Shown one piece after another: positions 46,103-55,237 of a stretch of 64,000 nt of DNA. The stretch spans positions 1 through 64,000 of the IMG/VR virus record IMGVR_UViG_3300046665_000548. One strand, 5' to 3'. Below the pieces are notes generated by a model. That model did not search any database. It saw only the letters and a program-made list of their open reading frames with translations, and was not told the DNA's origin. The first letter of the stretch is position 1. Each line of letters begins with the position of its first letter. A program made the translations under genes and the position numbers.

Positions 46103-46130
46103 TTGACGAAATCCAATTTCCATGTAGATT
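46103..46130 (+). promoter_or_regulatory. Sigma70-type promoter, probably leaderless transcript
   Basis: TTGACG-N16-TAGATT, ATG 6 nt later. Confidence 0.6.
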
Positions 46131-46136
46131 GGTGTG

Positions 46137-46454
46137 ATGCAACAACCGTGGACCCCCGGTGTTACCGTCGAATCAGTGGATGACCTGTATTCTCGCAGGG
46201 ATGCTATGGATATCGACGGGTATTACGAGCAAGGGGAAGTTAATCCTTGGGAGGGCCGGTGTGCAGTGGTCCCGAGGACGGCTCGGTTCTACTGCATGGT
46301 GCCGTCCGATGATGGGCAGCGTCTCACTATGGCGCGGGTACTTTTGCGAGGCGTTGCCATGCGCCGAAAAGTTCGCGAGGTCGTGCGTGAAAAGCACGAA
46401 ATCAATTATAACCAGTTCGCTGCTCCTGGGCAGATTGTGGTTCTTTACGTCTAA
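46137..46454 (+). CDS. Hypothetical protein
   Basis: First gene of plus-strand operon. Confidence 0.65.
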   Translation: MQQPWTPGVTVESVDDLYSRRDAMDIDGYYEQGEVNPWEGRCAVVPRTARFYCMVPSDDGQRLTMARVLLRGVAMRRKVREVVREKHEINYNQFAAPGQIVVLYV

Positions 46455-46463
46455 GGGGTCTTC

Positions 46464-47846
46464 GTGATCAAAATTCACAATTTCCGAGCCGGTTTCGCCA
46501 CTAACTCGTCTTCTTCGCATAGCGTGGTGCTGATCCCCGACGACTTGATAGGACAAGTGGCCTCTATCGACGGAGACCATGGCGATTATGGTTGGAATTA
46601 TTTCCGCCTCACGTCACAGGAAGAGAAGCTTCGGTATCTCGCGGCGCAGTGCGTTGCTGGCGGATGGGGTCAGTATAGCGATGATATTCGTTCAGCGATC
46701 CTGGCCGAGGTGCCGGAGGTCGAGTTCGACAGTGGCGATTATGTTGACCATCAGTCGGTGATGACAATTGGCAGCTTCAACCCCACATTGCTGAAGGGGC
46801 TGATTCGCCTTTTCAGGTCCCCAAAGGTCGTCGTACTCGGAGGCAATGATAACTCAGACTCTACCATCAATCACATTGATGGTCAGGTGGAGGAACCGCT
46901 GACGACAGCGTTGGCGAACACCTACGAATGTAAAGTCAGATTTGATAACGGCACTGCTGTTATCATGAACAAATATACGGGCGATAAGGCGAGAATTTCG
47001 CTGGACGACCGGGACTATACTAAAGCCACCTATCCGGAATTGGTCGATTTGAAGATCACCGATTGGTGCGATGTGGGTTGCCAGTTCTGCTACCAGTCTT
47101 CAACGAAGAACGGTAAGCACGCCGACATGGCCGTTATCAGTTCCGTGCTGGAAATGCTCGCAAAGATGGAGGTCTTCGAGATCGCCATCGGCGGCGGCGA
47201 GCCTACCTCGCATCCTCATTTTCTTGAAATTTTGGCCAAATGCTCTCGCGTCGGAATCAAGCCGAATTTCACTACCCTTTCTCGTAAATGGCTTAGTGAT
47301 CCGCTCATGGTTGAAGCGGTGCAGACCGATGTCGGCGGTATTGGCGTTTCTTGCTTGAGCGCTAAGGGTCTCGCGTTGGTCGATGAAATCAAAAAAGCAG
47401 TTACCACCGCATACGGCGGCGGACCGAAAGTCATGGCACAACATGTGCTGGGCAGCGTCCCGCTGTGGGTGACGGCCGAATTCCTAAATGCGGCCTTTGA
47501 AGCGAAACACGCCGTTTTGCTTCTCGGCTACAAAGATGTCGGGTTCGGCAAGGATTACGAGCGCCACGACGGCGGCGATGTGCCATTGTTTCTCAAGACC
47601 GGCGTCCAGAAGTTCGACGGAAAAGCCAGCCTCAGCGTCGATACGGCGCTTGTGGATCGGTATCCTGAATTGGTGAGCGCACTCGGTGCAGTCGAGGCCC
47701 AGGTGTCTAGCCCAGAGGGCAAGTTCTCCTGCTATGTTGACGCCGTAGAAGGTCTGATCGGACCATCCTCGTATGTCCAGGCATCCGAGATGGAAAAGCT
47801 GCCGACTTCCTTGGCGGACTTTGTGAAGGTTTTTGCGAGCTTCTGA
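46464..47846 (+). CDS. Radical SAM protein fused to N-terminal TNSSS-motif domain
   Basis: RAGFATNSSSSHS; CDVGCQFC; GGGEPTSHP. Confidence 0.9.
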   Translation: MIKIHNFRAGFATNSSSSHSVVLIPDDLIGQVASIDGDHGDYGWNYFRLTSQEEKLRYLAAQCVAGGWGQYSDDIRSAILAEVPEVEFDSGDYVDHQSVMTIGSFNPTLLKGLIRLFRSPKVVVLGGNDNSDSTINHIDGQVEEPLTTALANTYECKVRFDNGTAVIMNKYTGDKARISLDDRDYTKATYPELVDLKITDWCDVGCQFCYQSSTKNGKHADMAVISSVLEMLAKMEVFEIAIGGGEPTSHPHFLEILAKCSRVGIKPNFTTLSRKWLSDPLMVEAVQTDVGGIGVSCLSAKGLALVDEIKKAVTTAYGGGPKVMAQHVLGSVPLWVTAEFLNAAFEAKHAVLLLGYKDVGFGKDYERHDGGDVPLFLKTGVQKFDGKASLSVDTALVDRYPELVSALGAVEAQVSSPEGKFSCYVDAVEGLIGPSSYVQASEMEKLPTSLADFVKVFASF

Positions 47847-47882
47847 GGGGGTCAGTTGCAATTTCGCGGTAATGGAGGCCAG

Positions 47883-48611
47883 ATGCGTTTTAGCGGCTCA
47901 GTTCGCTTCTACGACCGTCTTACGCCGTCTCTATCCAATTCATGTTATCTGGCGCGCGTCCAGCAGATGGTCGCGGCCGAATGGTTTGCTGAAAAGGATT
48001 TTTGCGACCACGGTGAAGAAGGTCCTTTCGCAAAGGAAATTGCATACGAACACGCCACCGAGTGGTATCATACAACTCTTCGCAACGATTGGGTTCAGCA
48101 CGGGTACGTGTTTGTCTCCAAACCTATTTGGGATGCCGGGGCATACGTTGTCGATGTCGGGTTAACTGACATGGGAGAGGACGCTCTCAAATCCATTCGG
48201 CAAGGCTACGTGTGGGACCATCCTGATCTTGTCGAGGGCACAAAGGGGGTCAATATTCCGGATACTTTAACACACTGGCGAAGGCTTATTGCGTTATTCC
48301 ATCCGGACACACCGACCCCTTCTGATCTGATTGACATGGTTCGCTCCGTATCACAGTTACCAAATATAGAATTGCACGTTCTATCCGATGATCTCGATAG
48401 TGCGATCCAGGCCCATGCGGCTGGAATGTTCTGGGATGAAAAGTCTCGTGAGCCGGACATCGAAAAATCGCTGAATTATTGGCGGATGCGAATCAAATCA
48501 ATCGAGACGCACGGCGATCCCTTGTTCAAACGGATCACTGCTGTATCCGAACATCCGGCAATGAAGCCCATCTTGTCGGAACTTATGATGTGGAAAATCT
48601 GTTTAGAGTGA
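47883..48611 (+). CDS. Hypothetical protein
   Basis: GGAGG SD before ATG 47883. Confidence 0.75.
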   Translation: MRFSGSVRFYDRLTPSLSNSCYLARVQQMVAAEWFAEKDFCDHGEEGPFAKEIAYEHATEWYHTTLRNDWVQHGYVFVSKPIWDAGAYVVDVGLTDMGEDALKSIRQGYVWDHPDLVEGTKGVNIPDTLTHWRRLIALFHPDTPTPSDLIDMVRSVSQLPNIELHVLSDDLDSAIQAHAAGMFWDEKSREPDIEKSLNYWRMRIKSIETHGDPLFKRITAVSEHPAMKPILSELMMWKICLE

Positions 48612-48734
48612 ATGGCTTCCGGTAAGGTTTGGGTTTGCTCTCTGCAAGTTATTGATGTAGAACAAATGACAAATCTCCACACAGAGTCCTGAGAAAAACA
48701 AACAGGCCGAGGGCCAAAGGGCTGGTCGCTATCA

Positions 48735-49151
48735 ATGAGTGAAGAATCCGTACATGGCCTTGTACCAACAGCACTTGTACCAACAGCACTTGAAGATATT
48801 CTAGCGTCGTTCAATAACAGCGAGACGGTCAAGTTCGGCGCTACAGGCGAGAGTTTGATTCAACGTTTATTCCGTAGGGCGTTCATTTTGATAATGGAGC
48901 ACAATGGAGTAACGGAATTCTTCAATAAACCGGTAGAGTACGAAGACACGATATTTGCCTACTACTCGGCAGAGGTAGTGAACGATTCGAAAATTATCTA
49001 TCTTAATGGGGCCGATTACATTCGGATTAACGACGAGGATGAGTGTGCAGTGATTGCCCGGCTCAAAGTTGGCGAAGGCGTTGCTTCGACTTACTACGTG
49101 GCCGCGACTAGCGAGTCGTTCGTTACTATGGCGATCATGAAGTTCACTTAA
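48735..49151 (+). CDS. Hypothetical protein (distant FKLRW-family ending)
   Basis: 138-aa ORF ending SESFVTMAIMKFT. Confidence 0.65.
   Translation: MSEESVHGLVPTALVPTALEDILASFNNSETVKFGATGESLIQRLFRRAFILIMEHNGVTEFFNKPVEYEDTIFAYYSAEVVNDSKIIYLNGADYIRINDEDECAVIARLKVGEGVASTYYVAATSESFVTMAIMKFT
48759..48791 (+). repeat. 15-nt tandem duplication
   Basis: CTTGTACCAACAGCA x2 plus CTT (LVPTA-LVPTA-L). Confidence 0.85.
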
Positions 49152-49159
49152 GGAGAACT

Positions 49160-49378
49160 ATGCAGTACATTACACAGGGCAACACGAACTTCACGATTAG
49201 AGGCGAACCGCTTAAGAAGCACACGGTGATCCGTGAGGATAAGCTTGCTCGTCTCGATAAGGTGACCGAGATTTCGAGTTTGCATCTGACCGGCCTGAAC
49301 CTTGGAGAGATCGTTACTCTGTTTCAACGGAGAGGCCCGCATTTAATGATTCGCCCGCGCAACGTCACGCTTCACTAG
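49160..49378 (+). CDS. Hypothetical protein
   Basis: AAGGAG SD. Confidence 0.65.
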   Translation: MQYITQGNTNFTIRGEPLKKHTVIREDKLARLDKVTEISSLHLTGLNLGEIVTLFQRRGPHLMIRPRNVTLH

Positions 49379-49388
49379 GGAGAGTTCT

Positions 49389-49871
49389 ATGGGACCGGAG
49401 GATATTCGCTGGCTCAAGATGCAACGGTGGATCAGTCATTGCATTGAGGAGATCGGGTGGGCTGCGGTCTACGTCTTTCCAACGCCGGACAAGCCAGACC
49501 TTATTCCATTCACGTACACCATCGGGCTTACGTCGAAGAATCTTCCTGAACTCATCCTGTTTGGATTGGGCGACAGGCAGGCCCACGGCATCATCTCTTC
49601 GGCAATTGCAAACCTCGATCTCACAACGGTTGAGGAGTATGTGTCGTATAATGAGGTCAGCAAAAACCTCCCTGTTGAGTTTCGCGACCTCCCGCAAAGC
49701 TCGGTTGAAGAATATCTCTGTCAGGCAAGCGCCTATTACAGCGATAAAAAGCTGGTTCGAGCCCGACAACTAATTTGGCCGGATGCTAAAGGCCGGTTTC
49801 CTTGGCATAGGGACTGTGAACCGAAATATGCTCGCCTCCAAAGCGAAGTAATCGACTGGAGATTAAACTGA
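49389..49871 (+). CDS. DUF4262-family protein
   Basis: GWAAVYV, FTYTIGL, PELILFGL, QLIWPDAKGRFPW. Confidence 0.85.
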   Translation: MGPEDIRWLKMQRWISHCIEEIGWAAVYVFPTPDKPDLIPFTYTIGLTSKNLPELILFGLGDRQAHGIISSAIANLDLTTVEEYVSYNEVSKNLPVEFRDLPQSSVEEYLCQASAYYSDKKLVRARQLIWPDAKGRFPWHRDCEPKYARLQSEVIDWRLN

Positions 49872-50296
49872 TGCCTCTTTTTCCACTCGTCATCGGTGAA
49901 GGTGAGCGCGAAACAATTAAAGCTCTTGTCGAAACGGCTGAAGAGCAGATGATCAAGCATGACCAAATGCTTGAATTGGTCGCAAAGTCTGAGCGTGGCG
50001 AACCTGTTGGCGGTTCGATGAATGATCATCTGACAATTCAAATTCCGGTGAATTACCAAGCCACCTTCACCGTGGAAGAACATGCTCCAGAGCGGCCATT
50101 TCGTCACCTTTCAGTTTCCATCGTCAATGGGAGAAAGGGACGCGGCCCTGCGCCAGAGGCCATGGCTATGGTGATGAAAGAATTCGGTTTCCGTGGGTCT
50201 ACAACGGACCCCAATTCGAGGCTTGTAGTGTACCCGGAGACGCTAGCTGACGGAACGTTCGCCGTGAATGTCCTGGAGCCGATGCAAGACAACTGA
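49871..50296 (+). CDS. Hypothetical protein
   Basis: RHLSVS motif; coupled start. Confidence 0.7.
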   Translation: MPLFPLVIGEGERETIKALVETAEEQMIKHDQMLELVAKSERGEPVGGSMNDHLTIQIPVNYQATFTVEEHAPERPFRHLSVSIVNGRKGRGPAPEAMAMVMKEFGFRGSTTDPNSRLVVYPETLADGTFAVNVLEPMQDN

Positions 50297-50297
50297 C

Positions 50298-50570
50298 ATG
50301 GCTTTTGTGATCAAGGACCGTGTTTCAAAGCAGTATTTCGCGCGCGGCGGAGGGTTCAATTCAAACATCAATCTGGCGAAGCAGTATGCGAATGTGTCTC
50401 AAGCCAATACCACTCTGAAGGCTGAGCTTCGCAACTGGCCTTCCTCCGCTGGGACGTTCAAAACATGTATCATCGTAGAAGTTCTGCTGCTTGACTTATC
50501 AGAGGTCAGCGATGTTCAGCGACCTTTGCTCGATGATCTTCTTCTAGTTCGTAAGCTTGAAGGGGCCTAA
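50298..50570 (+). CDS. Hypothetical protein
   Basis: Operon position. Confidence 0.6.
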   Translation: MAFVIKDRVSKQYFARGGGFNSNINLAKQYANVSQANTTLKAELRNWPSSAGTFKTCIIVEVLLLDLSEVSDVQRPLLDDLLLVRKLEGA

Positions 50571-50779
50571 GGCTCTGTAATTCGAGGGCCGATCTCTACA
50601 AGCTGTTGTTCGAACCATGGGTCTTGGCTACCCATGAGGCTCCACGTTTTTACTCGATTGTCCCAACCACCCGGCTGCCACCGATCTTGGCCGGGAAATT
50701 TTATCCAATAGTAGCCGGTTTCTCTATCAACGTCGGAATGCTTCAGATGGTACTGAAGAAGATAGTCTATTCTCGACAT
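50567..50779 (-). CDS. Hypothetical protein
   Basis: GGAGG SD; GYYW...EIGPRI. Confidence 0.65.
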   Translation of the reverse strand: MSRIDYLLQYHLKHSDVDRETGYYWIKFPGQDRWQPGGWDNRVKTWSLMGSQDPWFEQQLVEIGPRITEP

Positions 50780-50791
50780 AGGTCCCTCCGG

Positions 50792-51700
50792 TTATCTTTT
50801 CGCCAAATAGTCTAGAATCGCCATTCGAACAGCAACTCCGTACTCAACTTGCTTTCGAATAACAGAATTTTCACCGTCCGCAACATCAGACGCGATTTCC
50901 GTCCCTCGGTTCATCGGACCTGGATGCATGACCATAACGTCCGGAATGGCCAAGGCCATTTTTTCGGCTGTTAGTCCGTAATTGTCATGGTAATCCTCCA
51001 TAGAAAATTCCGGCATGTCAGTAAAGCGCTCTTTTTGAATGCGCAGCATCATGATCGCATTAGCGTCTTCGATACCCTCCTCCATATTGGAGAGGATCGG
51101 AATGCCGGGAAAGTCTTCGGCCGCAGGCTGCATGGCCGGAGGTGCGACAAGACGAACTCTTGCTCCCAGTTTGGAAAGCAACAGTGCGTTCGACCGAGCT
51201 ACGCGAGAATGTTTGATATCTCCGCAGATTGCGACGTTGATGTTATCGAGCGTCTTGAAACGATCCACCAATACAAGGGCGTCCGCCATCGCTTGCGTCG
51301 GATGCTCGTTAGTGCCGTCGCCCCCGTTGATCACGGGGCAACCTGCATATTGATGATGATCGTGAGGGGCAAAGTTCTGCGGATGGCGAATGACAAAGAT
51401 ATCCGGCTTCATAGCGCTGAGTGTAAGCAAGGTGTCTTTCAGAGACTCGCCCTTCTGAGCCGACGATCCCGCCTCGGTTACGTTCACAACGTCGAGCCCG
51501 AGTCTCTTTCCAGCGATCTCGAATGATACGCGAGTTCGAGTGGAATTCTCGTAGAACAAGTTTATCAGCGTAAGGCCGTTCAGGAAATTGTACTTCTTGT
51601 CGCTCTTCGAACGGTTAGACCGAACGTATTGCCAAGCATCATCTAGAATTGTGTTGATGGTATCAAGATCGAGACTGTCGATGCCGAGAAAATGACGCAT
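50792..51700 (-). CDS. pyrB: Aspartate carbamoyltransferase catalytic subunit
   Basis: FYENSTRT, KGES, HPTQ, GDIKHSRVARS, RIQKER, HPGP. Confidence 0.96.
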   Translation of the reverse strand: MRHFLGIDSLDLDTINTILDDAWQYVRSNRSKSDKKYNFLNGLTLINLFYENSTRTRVSFEIAGKRLGLDVVNVTEAGSSAQKGESLKDTLLTLSAMKPDIFVIRHPQNFAPHDHHQYAGCPVINGGDGTNEHPTQAMADALVLVDRFKTLDNINVAICGDIKHSRVARSNALLLSKLGARVRLVAPPAMQPAAEDFPGIPILSNMEEGIEDANAIMMLRIQKERFTDMPEFSMEDYHDNYGLTAEKMALAIPDVMVMHPGPMNRGTEIASDVADGENSVIRKQVEYGVAVRMAILDYLAKR

Positions 51701-51815
51701 AAAGAAATGATCCTGAACGATGATTAAACCTTCGAATTGGTATCGGACACTGAAGATGGTTGCAACCATTTTGTCCAAGATATAGGGTATTTCATCACAT
51801 CAATGAGGACTAGCG

Positions 51816-52061
51816 ATGTCAATTGACTTCACAAAACTCCAGCCTGTCTCAGTCGAGGTTGATCCGAATGAAGAGGTATCAGCGATCATCAAGATGCAGC
51901 CCGGTCGCAAACCATCGAAATACCGAATGCGTATCGTGGATGACATTTACACGATTGACACCACGAGAGGAGAGTTCGACCGTCTTCAGAAGAGTGACGA
52001 TGTGATATCGATTACTCTGAACGAGAAGCTATCTATGATAGGTGATGTTCCAGATAAATAA
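51816..52061 (+). CDS. Hypothetical protein
   Basis: GAGGA SD. Confidence 0.65.
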   Translation: MSIDFTKLQPVSVEVDPNEEVSAIIKMQPGRKPSKYRMRIVDDIYTIDTTRGEFDRLQKSDDVISITLNEKLSMIGDVPDK

Positions 52062-52064
52062 TGG

Positions 52065-52304
52065 ATGACTGACACACCGACAGAAGAAACACCACTTGGC
52101 CCGCGTACGCGTGTTACTGCTGCCGCCATCGGTGGATCGTTCGCGATGGGAATGGCGATCTACCTTGTATTAAAGGGATCGCCAACCAACTCTCTTCACG
52201 AGAGTGCCCTGTCATGGTCTTACTTGATGATGGTTGGTATCCTCATTGGTCTCGGTTTTGGGGCGATCAAAGACCTCATGCCGTCTTGGTTCGTCAAAAA
52301 GTAA
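52065..52304 (+). CDS. Two-TM late membrane protein (holin candidate)
   Basis: TAAATA 52055-52060; two TM helices; basic C-terminus. Confidence 0.55.
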   Translation: MTDTPTEETPLGPRTRVTAAAIGGSFAMGMAIYLVLKGSPTNSLHESALSWSYLMMVGILIGLGFGAIKDLMPSWFVKK

Positions 52305-52544
52305 TTAACCCGGCCAGGGGTGAGACAGCGTAACATTAATGCTTTCCATGATATCGCCACCACACGCAGTTGCGCGCAGGTTGTCTATCGTGCATGAATA
52401 CACACCAGGATCGTTGTTGCTCTCGATAGCATCGGCAAACGCCCGTAGTTTGGCCGCTATAATTTGGTGAGCTTTTTCTCGACCTAACTCATCACAGAGC
52501 AGACGGTAGGTGTACTTTTTACCCTTCGGGGCTACGTCGCTCAT
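52305..52544 (-). CDS. Hypothetical protein
   Basis: ATGA overlap with pth2 stop. Confidence 0.6.
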   Translation of the reverse strand: MSDVAPKGKKYTYRLLCDELGREKAHQIIAAKLRAFADAIESNNDPGVYSCTIDNLRATACGGDIMESINVTLSHPWPG

Positions 52545-52909
52545 AGGAGCCTCAAGCGTTTGAGAAAAGCCGGGAGTTCGTCGTGATAAGCCGGGCCGAA
52601 CGCGCACACAGTTGCTGTGTTCGGTTCGAGTTCTGAACGGCCAGCGTCATGGATAATATAGGTCGGTATCCCGGCCTGTCTTGCCTCTTCATGAACACGG
52701 CGCAACGCGGTCTCGCTGTCAGCCCGAACTGTTATCTTAGGGGTTGCATCTTCGAGATACTTCGAGAATATCTCAGGCTGCTGTTTCTGAGCCACAAGAT
52801 GCAAGTGTCCAAAAGCATGACCGGCCTGAGCACAAGCCTTGCCAATGCTCATACCGAGATCGGTACGCACGGCCAGCCACATCTTCAATTCACGTTTAGG
52901 CGTATCCAT
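52541..52909 (-). CDS. pth2: Second peptidyl-tRNA hydrolase, Pth2 family
   Basis: VRTDLGMSIGKACAQAGHA, KITV, DAGRSE, TVCAFGP. Confidence 0.92.
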   Translation of the reverse strand: MDTPKRELKMWLAVRTDLGMSIGKACAQAGHAFGHLHLVAQKQQPEIFSKYLEDATPKITVRADSETALRRVHEEARQAGIPTYIIHDAGRSELEPNTATVCAFGPAYHDELPAFLKRLRLL

Positions 52910-52915
52910 TTGATC

Positions 52916-53407
52916 CTACCATGGCCTTATAGCGATCTGATCCGTCGTCAGATTTTGAAGATCGTTGAAACGGATATCCCCCTCAGCCTGATTCTTGATG
53001 CGATAAAGCTCCATCATAGTCGAACCGTCCATATTACGGCGATCTCTCAGGCTAAGAGTTACAAAGAAATCGTCACTATCGATGACCGATGGCGAATTGT
53101 TTCTCTCGTCGCAAATCACATCAGAGCTATAGAGCAAACCCTGATTTGTGAAATTGACTAGAATTGTCTTGAAAAAACTAGCGACAAATGCTCGCTGAAA
53201 GGAGTCGTTGTGTGCGAACAGCAACCCGCCGTCTTCTGTGCGAAAGCGACTTGCCCACCAACTGACGCGATATGCCGTCAGCAGATTGACGTGCGCCCTC
53301 GTCCGAGGCGGAAGCAAGGGCGCGATCTCGACGTACTTACGCAGTTGCTCGGAAATATTGCGAGTCAGCCGGTCAGGATAATCTAAACCTGCAAACTGCA
53401 TTGCCAT
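52916..53407 (-). CDS. Stand-alone tail-sheath C-terminal-domain-like protein
   Basis: LFAHNDSFQR...VICDERNNSPSVID. Confidence 0.6.
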   Translation of the reverse strand: MAMQFAGLDYPDRLTRNISEQLRKYVEIAPLLPPRTRAHVNLLTAYRVSWWASRFRTEDGGLLFAHNDSFQRAFVASFFKTILVNFTNQGLLYSSDVICDERNNSPSVIDSDDFFVTLSLRDRRNMDGSTMMELYRIKNQAEGDIRFNDLQNLTTDQIAIRPW

Positions 53408-53409
53408 CC

Positions 53410-53652
53410 TCAGGTATTAGCCGGTGTCGAAGCCGCCGCTTTCTTCAGAACTGCATTCACGGTCATCTTGTGAATTGGATATTCGAGGATCATGAAGCAG
53501 AGCGCGGCTACGCCAAAACCGATGATCTTCGGATCAATACCCATCGGGGATACAAACGGTTCTATGAGAGGGGTTTGAGCGAACAGTGTCCAAGAATATC
53601 CTGCGCTGCCGCAGACAAGGAAAAGAAGGGCGTGAAAAAATATACGTGCCAT
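53410..53652 (-). CDS. Small membrane protein
   Basis: GGAG SD; two hydrophobic segments. Confidence 0.65.
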   Translation of the reverse strand: MARIFFHALLFLVCGSAGYSWTLFAQTPLIEPFVSPMGIDPKIIGFGVAALCFMILEYPIHKMTVNAVLKKAAASTPANT

Positions 53653-53669
53653 GGGGTTACTCCGGGGAA

Positions 53670-53957
53670 TTAAGACTTAAAGCGAATCCAGAACAGAGTT
53701 GCGTCTGCTTCTGTGGAAACTTCGATGAACGTGTATACGTTCGACTGGCAGATGAAATGGGAAATGCCGTAAGATTCAAGCCATGCTGACATCTCAGCAA
53801 GGTCATCATCCGTCTGCCTTCGTTCAAAGAAGAAGACATGATCGGTGCCTTGCCAATCTTCGCGGCGCTTTTGCTCGTCCGGACGAGCAAACGATACTAT
53901 CTCAAGAAAATAGTCTTCGTACTTCTTCCTATCAATAGTTTGTAGTTTCACTGTCAT
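53670..53957 (-). CDS. Hypothetical protein, FKLRW-ended paralog family
   Basis: MSAWLE...TEADATLFWIRFKS. Confidence 0.7.
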   Translation of the reverse strand: MTVKLQTIDRKKYEDYFLEIVSFARPDEQKRREDWQGTDHVFFFERRQTDDDLAEMSAWLESYGISHFICQSNVYTFIEVSTEADATLFWIRFKS

Positions 53958-54008
53958 GATACTCGCCTAATACAGGCAGCGTATTACGCGAGCCCTCCAA
54001 GGTCAATT

Positions 54009-54272
54009 TTATCCCTGCGCGCCTATTGGAAGACCGTCACGATAGATGACGGCGCGTTTACCTAAAGGCGGGCCAAGATCGTGGTCGTAGATACCATCCA
54101 GGGGCGTTTCTGTCCCGCACGTTACCGCGCAGACCTTGCCGTCCGGGGACCGCATGTAAGTGGGACCGCCACAAGTCTCATCGGCATGTTGGAGACGGCG
54201 GCAGTCTTCATCGAACGTCCACCCTGCCGCCTGTAGGTTTTTGGTCTGTTCGAAGCGTCCGAATTCCACCAC
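54009..54272 (-). CDS. Hypothetical protein
   Basis: AAGGA SD. Confidence 0.6.
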   Translation of the reverse strand: MVEFGRFEQTKNLQAAGWTFDEDCRRLQHADETCGGPTYMRSPDGKVCAVTCGTETPLDGIYDHDLGPPLGKRAVIYRDGLPIGAQG

Positions 54273-54273
54273 T

Positions 54274-54534
54274 CTATCCTTCCTTCATAAAGGGCTCGGA
54301 AATGTCCCACGCCCAGTTGATGTTCTTTGCAACCGACAGCATATCAAAGGAAGCGTTTTCCAGGCTCTGCGCGAGCTTAAAGCGTTCTCTCCCGGAATCT
54401 GCTTTTGCGTCCTTATCAAGCTGCTCTGCGATGGCGTAGAGCAGATCGCGCAGCGCATCGTAGCGAAGGTCTGTGATCGCCTTAGCCGCATCCTGGTGGC
54501 TCTCAAAGCCTTTGAGAAGGGGTGAGTGCCGCAT
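54274..54534 (-). CDS. Hypothetical protein
   Basis: DLRYDAL...DSGRER...WDISEPFM. Confidence 0.7.
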   Translation of the reverse strand: MRHSPLLKGFESHQDAAKAITDLRYDALRDLLYAIAEQLDKDAKADSGRERFKLAQSLENASFDMLSVAKNINWAWDISEPFMKEG

Positions 54535-55139
54535 CAGCGCACCAAGAGCCGGTCGGCGTGCTGTGAGCACCACGAGGACGTGGCGGTTTCCGTGCGTTTT
54601 CCGCAGAACCGTTTGTCTTCGATGGGGATTTCCAACTGGTCGCCCCAAAGCGGCCAGCGACACTGGCAGCTTTTCACGTCAAAGAAACTGACGCCATTGC
54701 CATTGACCACAGGGCGTTCGAGGACTGGCTCACTCTGTTTGATGATTGGAGTGGGGTGCCACGGGAGATCGATTACATCGTCGTCGCCATCGTCGTCTTC
54801 TACCTGTTCTGCCACAACCTCAACGGGTTCTGGCTTAACTACAACGGGCTTGGACTTGGGTTTAGGGGGCTCGACGGCCTCCGTCTCGGTTGCTTTCTCT
54901 TCGGAAGCCTTGGGCTTCTTCGAGACGGCATTACCGGACTTTCCTCGAAGGACAGGGTTCTCGTATTTCTTGATGTCATCCCGAACTTTTGAGGTTCGAT
55001 GCATCTTGCCGATTACGGAATTGCGCGTCGTGCCAAGCTCATCGGCAATCTGCTGCGCGCCTGCGCCGTTGTTCCACATGACAATGGCGCGTTCAGTCGT
55101 CGCCTCTGTCCATTCAAATCTTACGTCCATGAACCACAT
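54534..55139 (-). CDS. gcrA: GcrA cell-cycle regulator homolog
   Basis: WT...WNNGAGAQQIADELGTTRNSVIGKMHR; CRWP...RFCG...WCSQH. Confidence 0.9.
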   Translation of the reverse strand: MWFMDVRFEWTEATTERAIVMWNNGAGAQQIADELGTTRNSVIGKMHRTSKVRDDIKKYENPVLRGKSGNAVSKKPKASEEKATETEAVEPPKPKSKPVVVKPEPVEVVAEQVEDDDGDDDVIDLPWHPTPIIKQSEPVLERPVVNGNGVSFFDVKSCQCRWPLWGDQLEIPIEDKRFCGKRTETATSSWCSQHADRLLVR

Positions 55140-55237
55140 CCATCCAAAAAACGAATCAGTTGTTTATTTTGGTATGCGTCGTTCAGACGAACGTCAAGCA
55201 GAATGGTTGGTTCCCCACGGTTTTTTCGGTAAAATGG

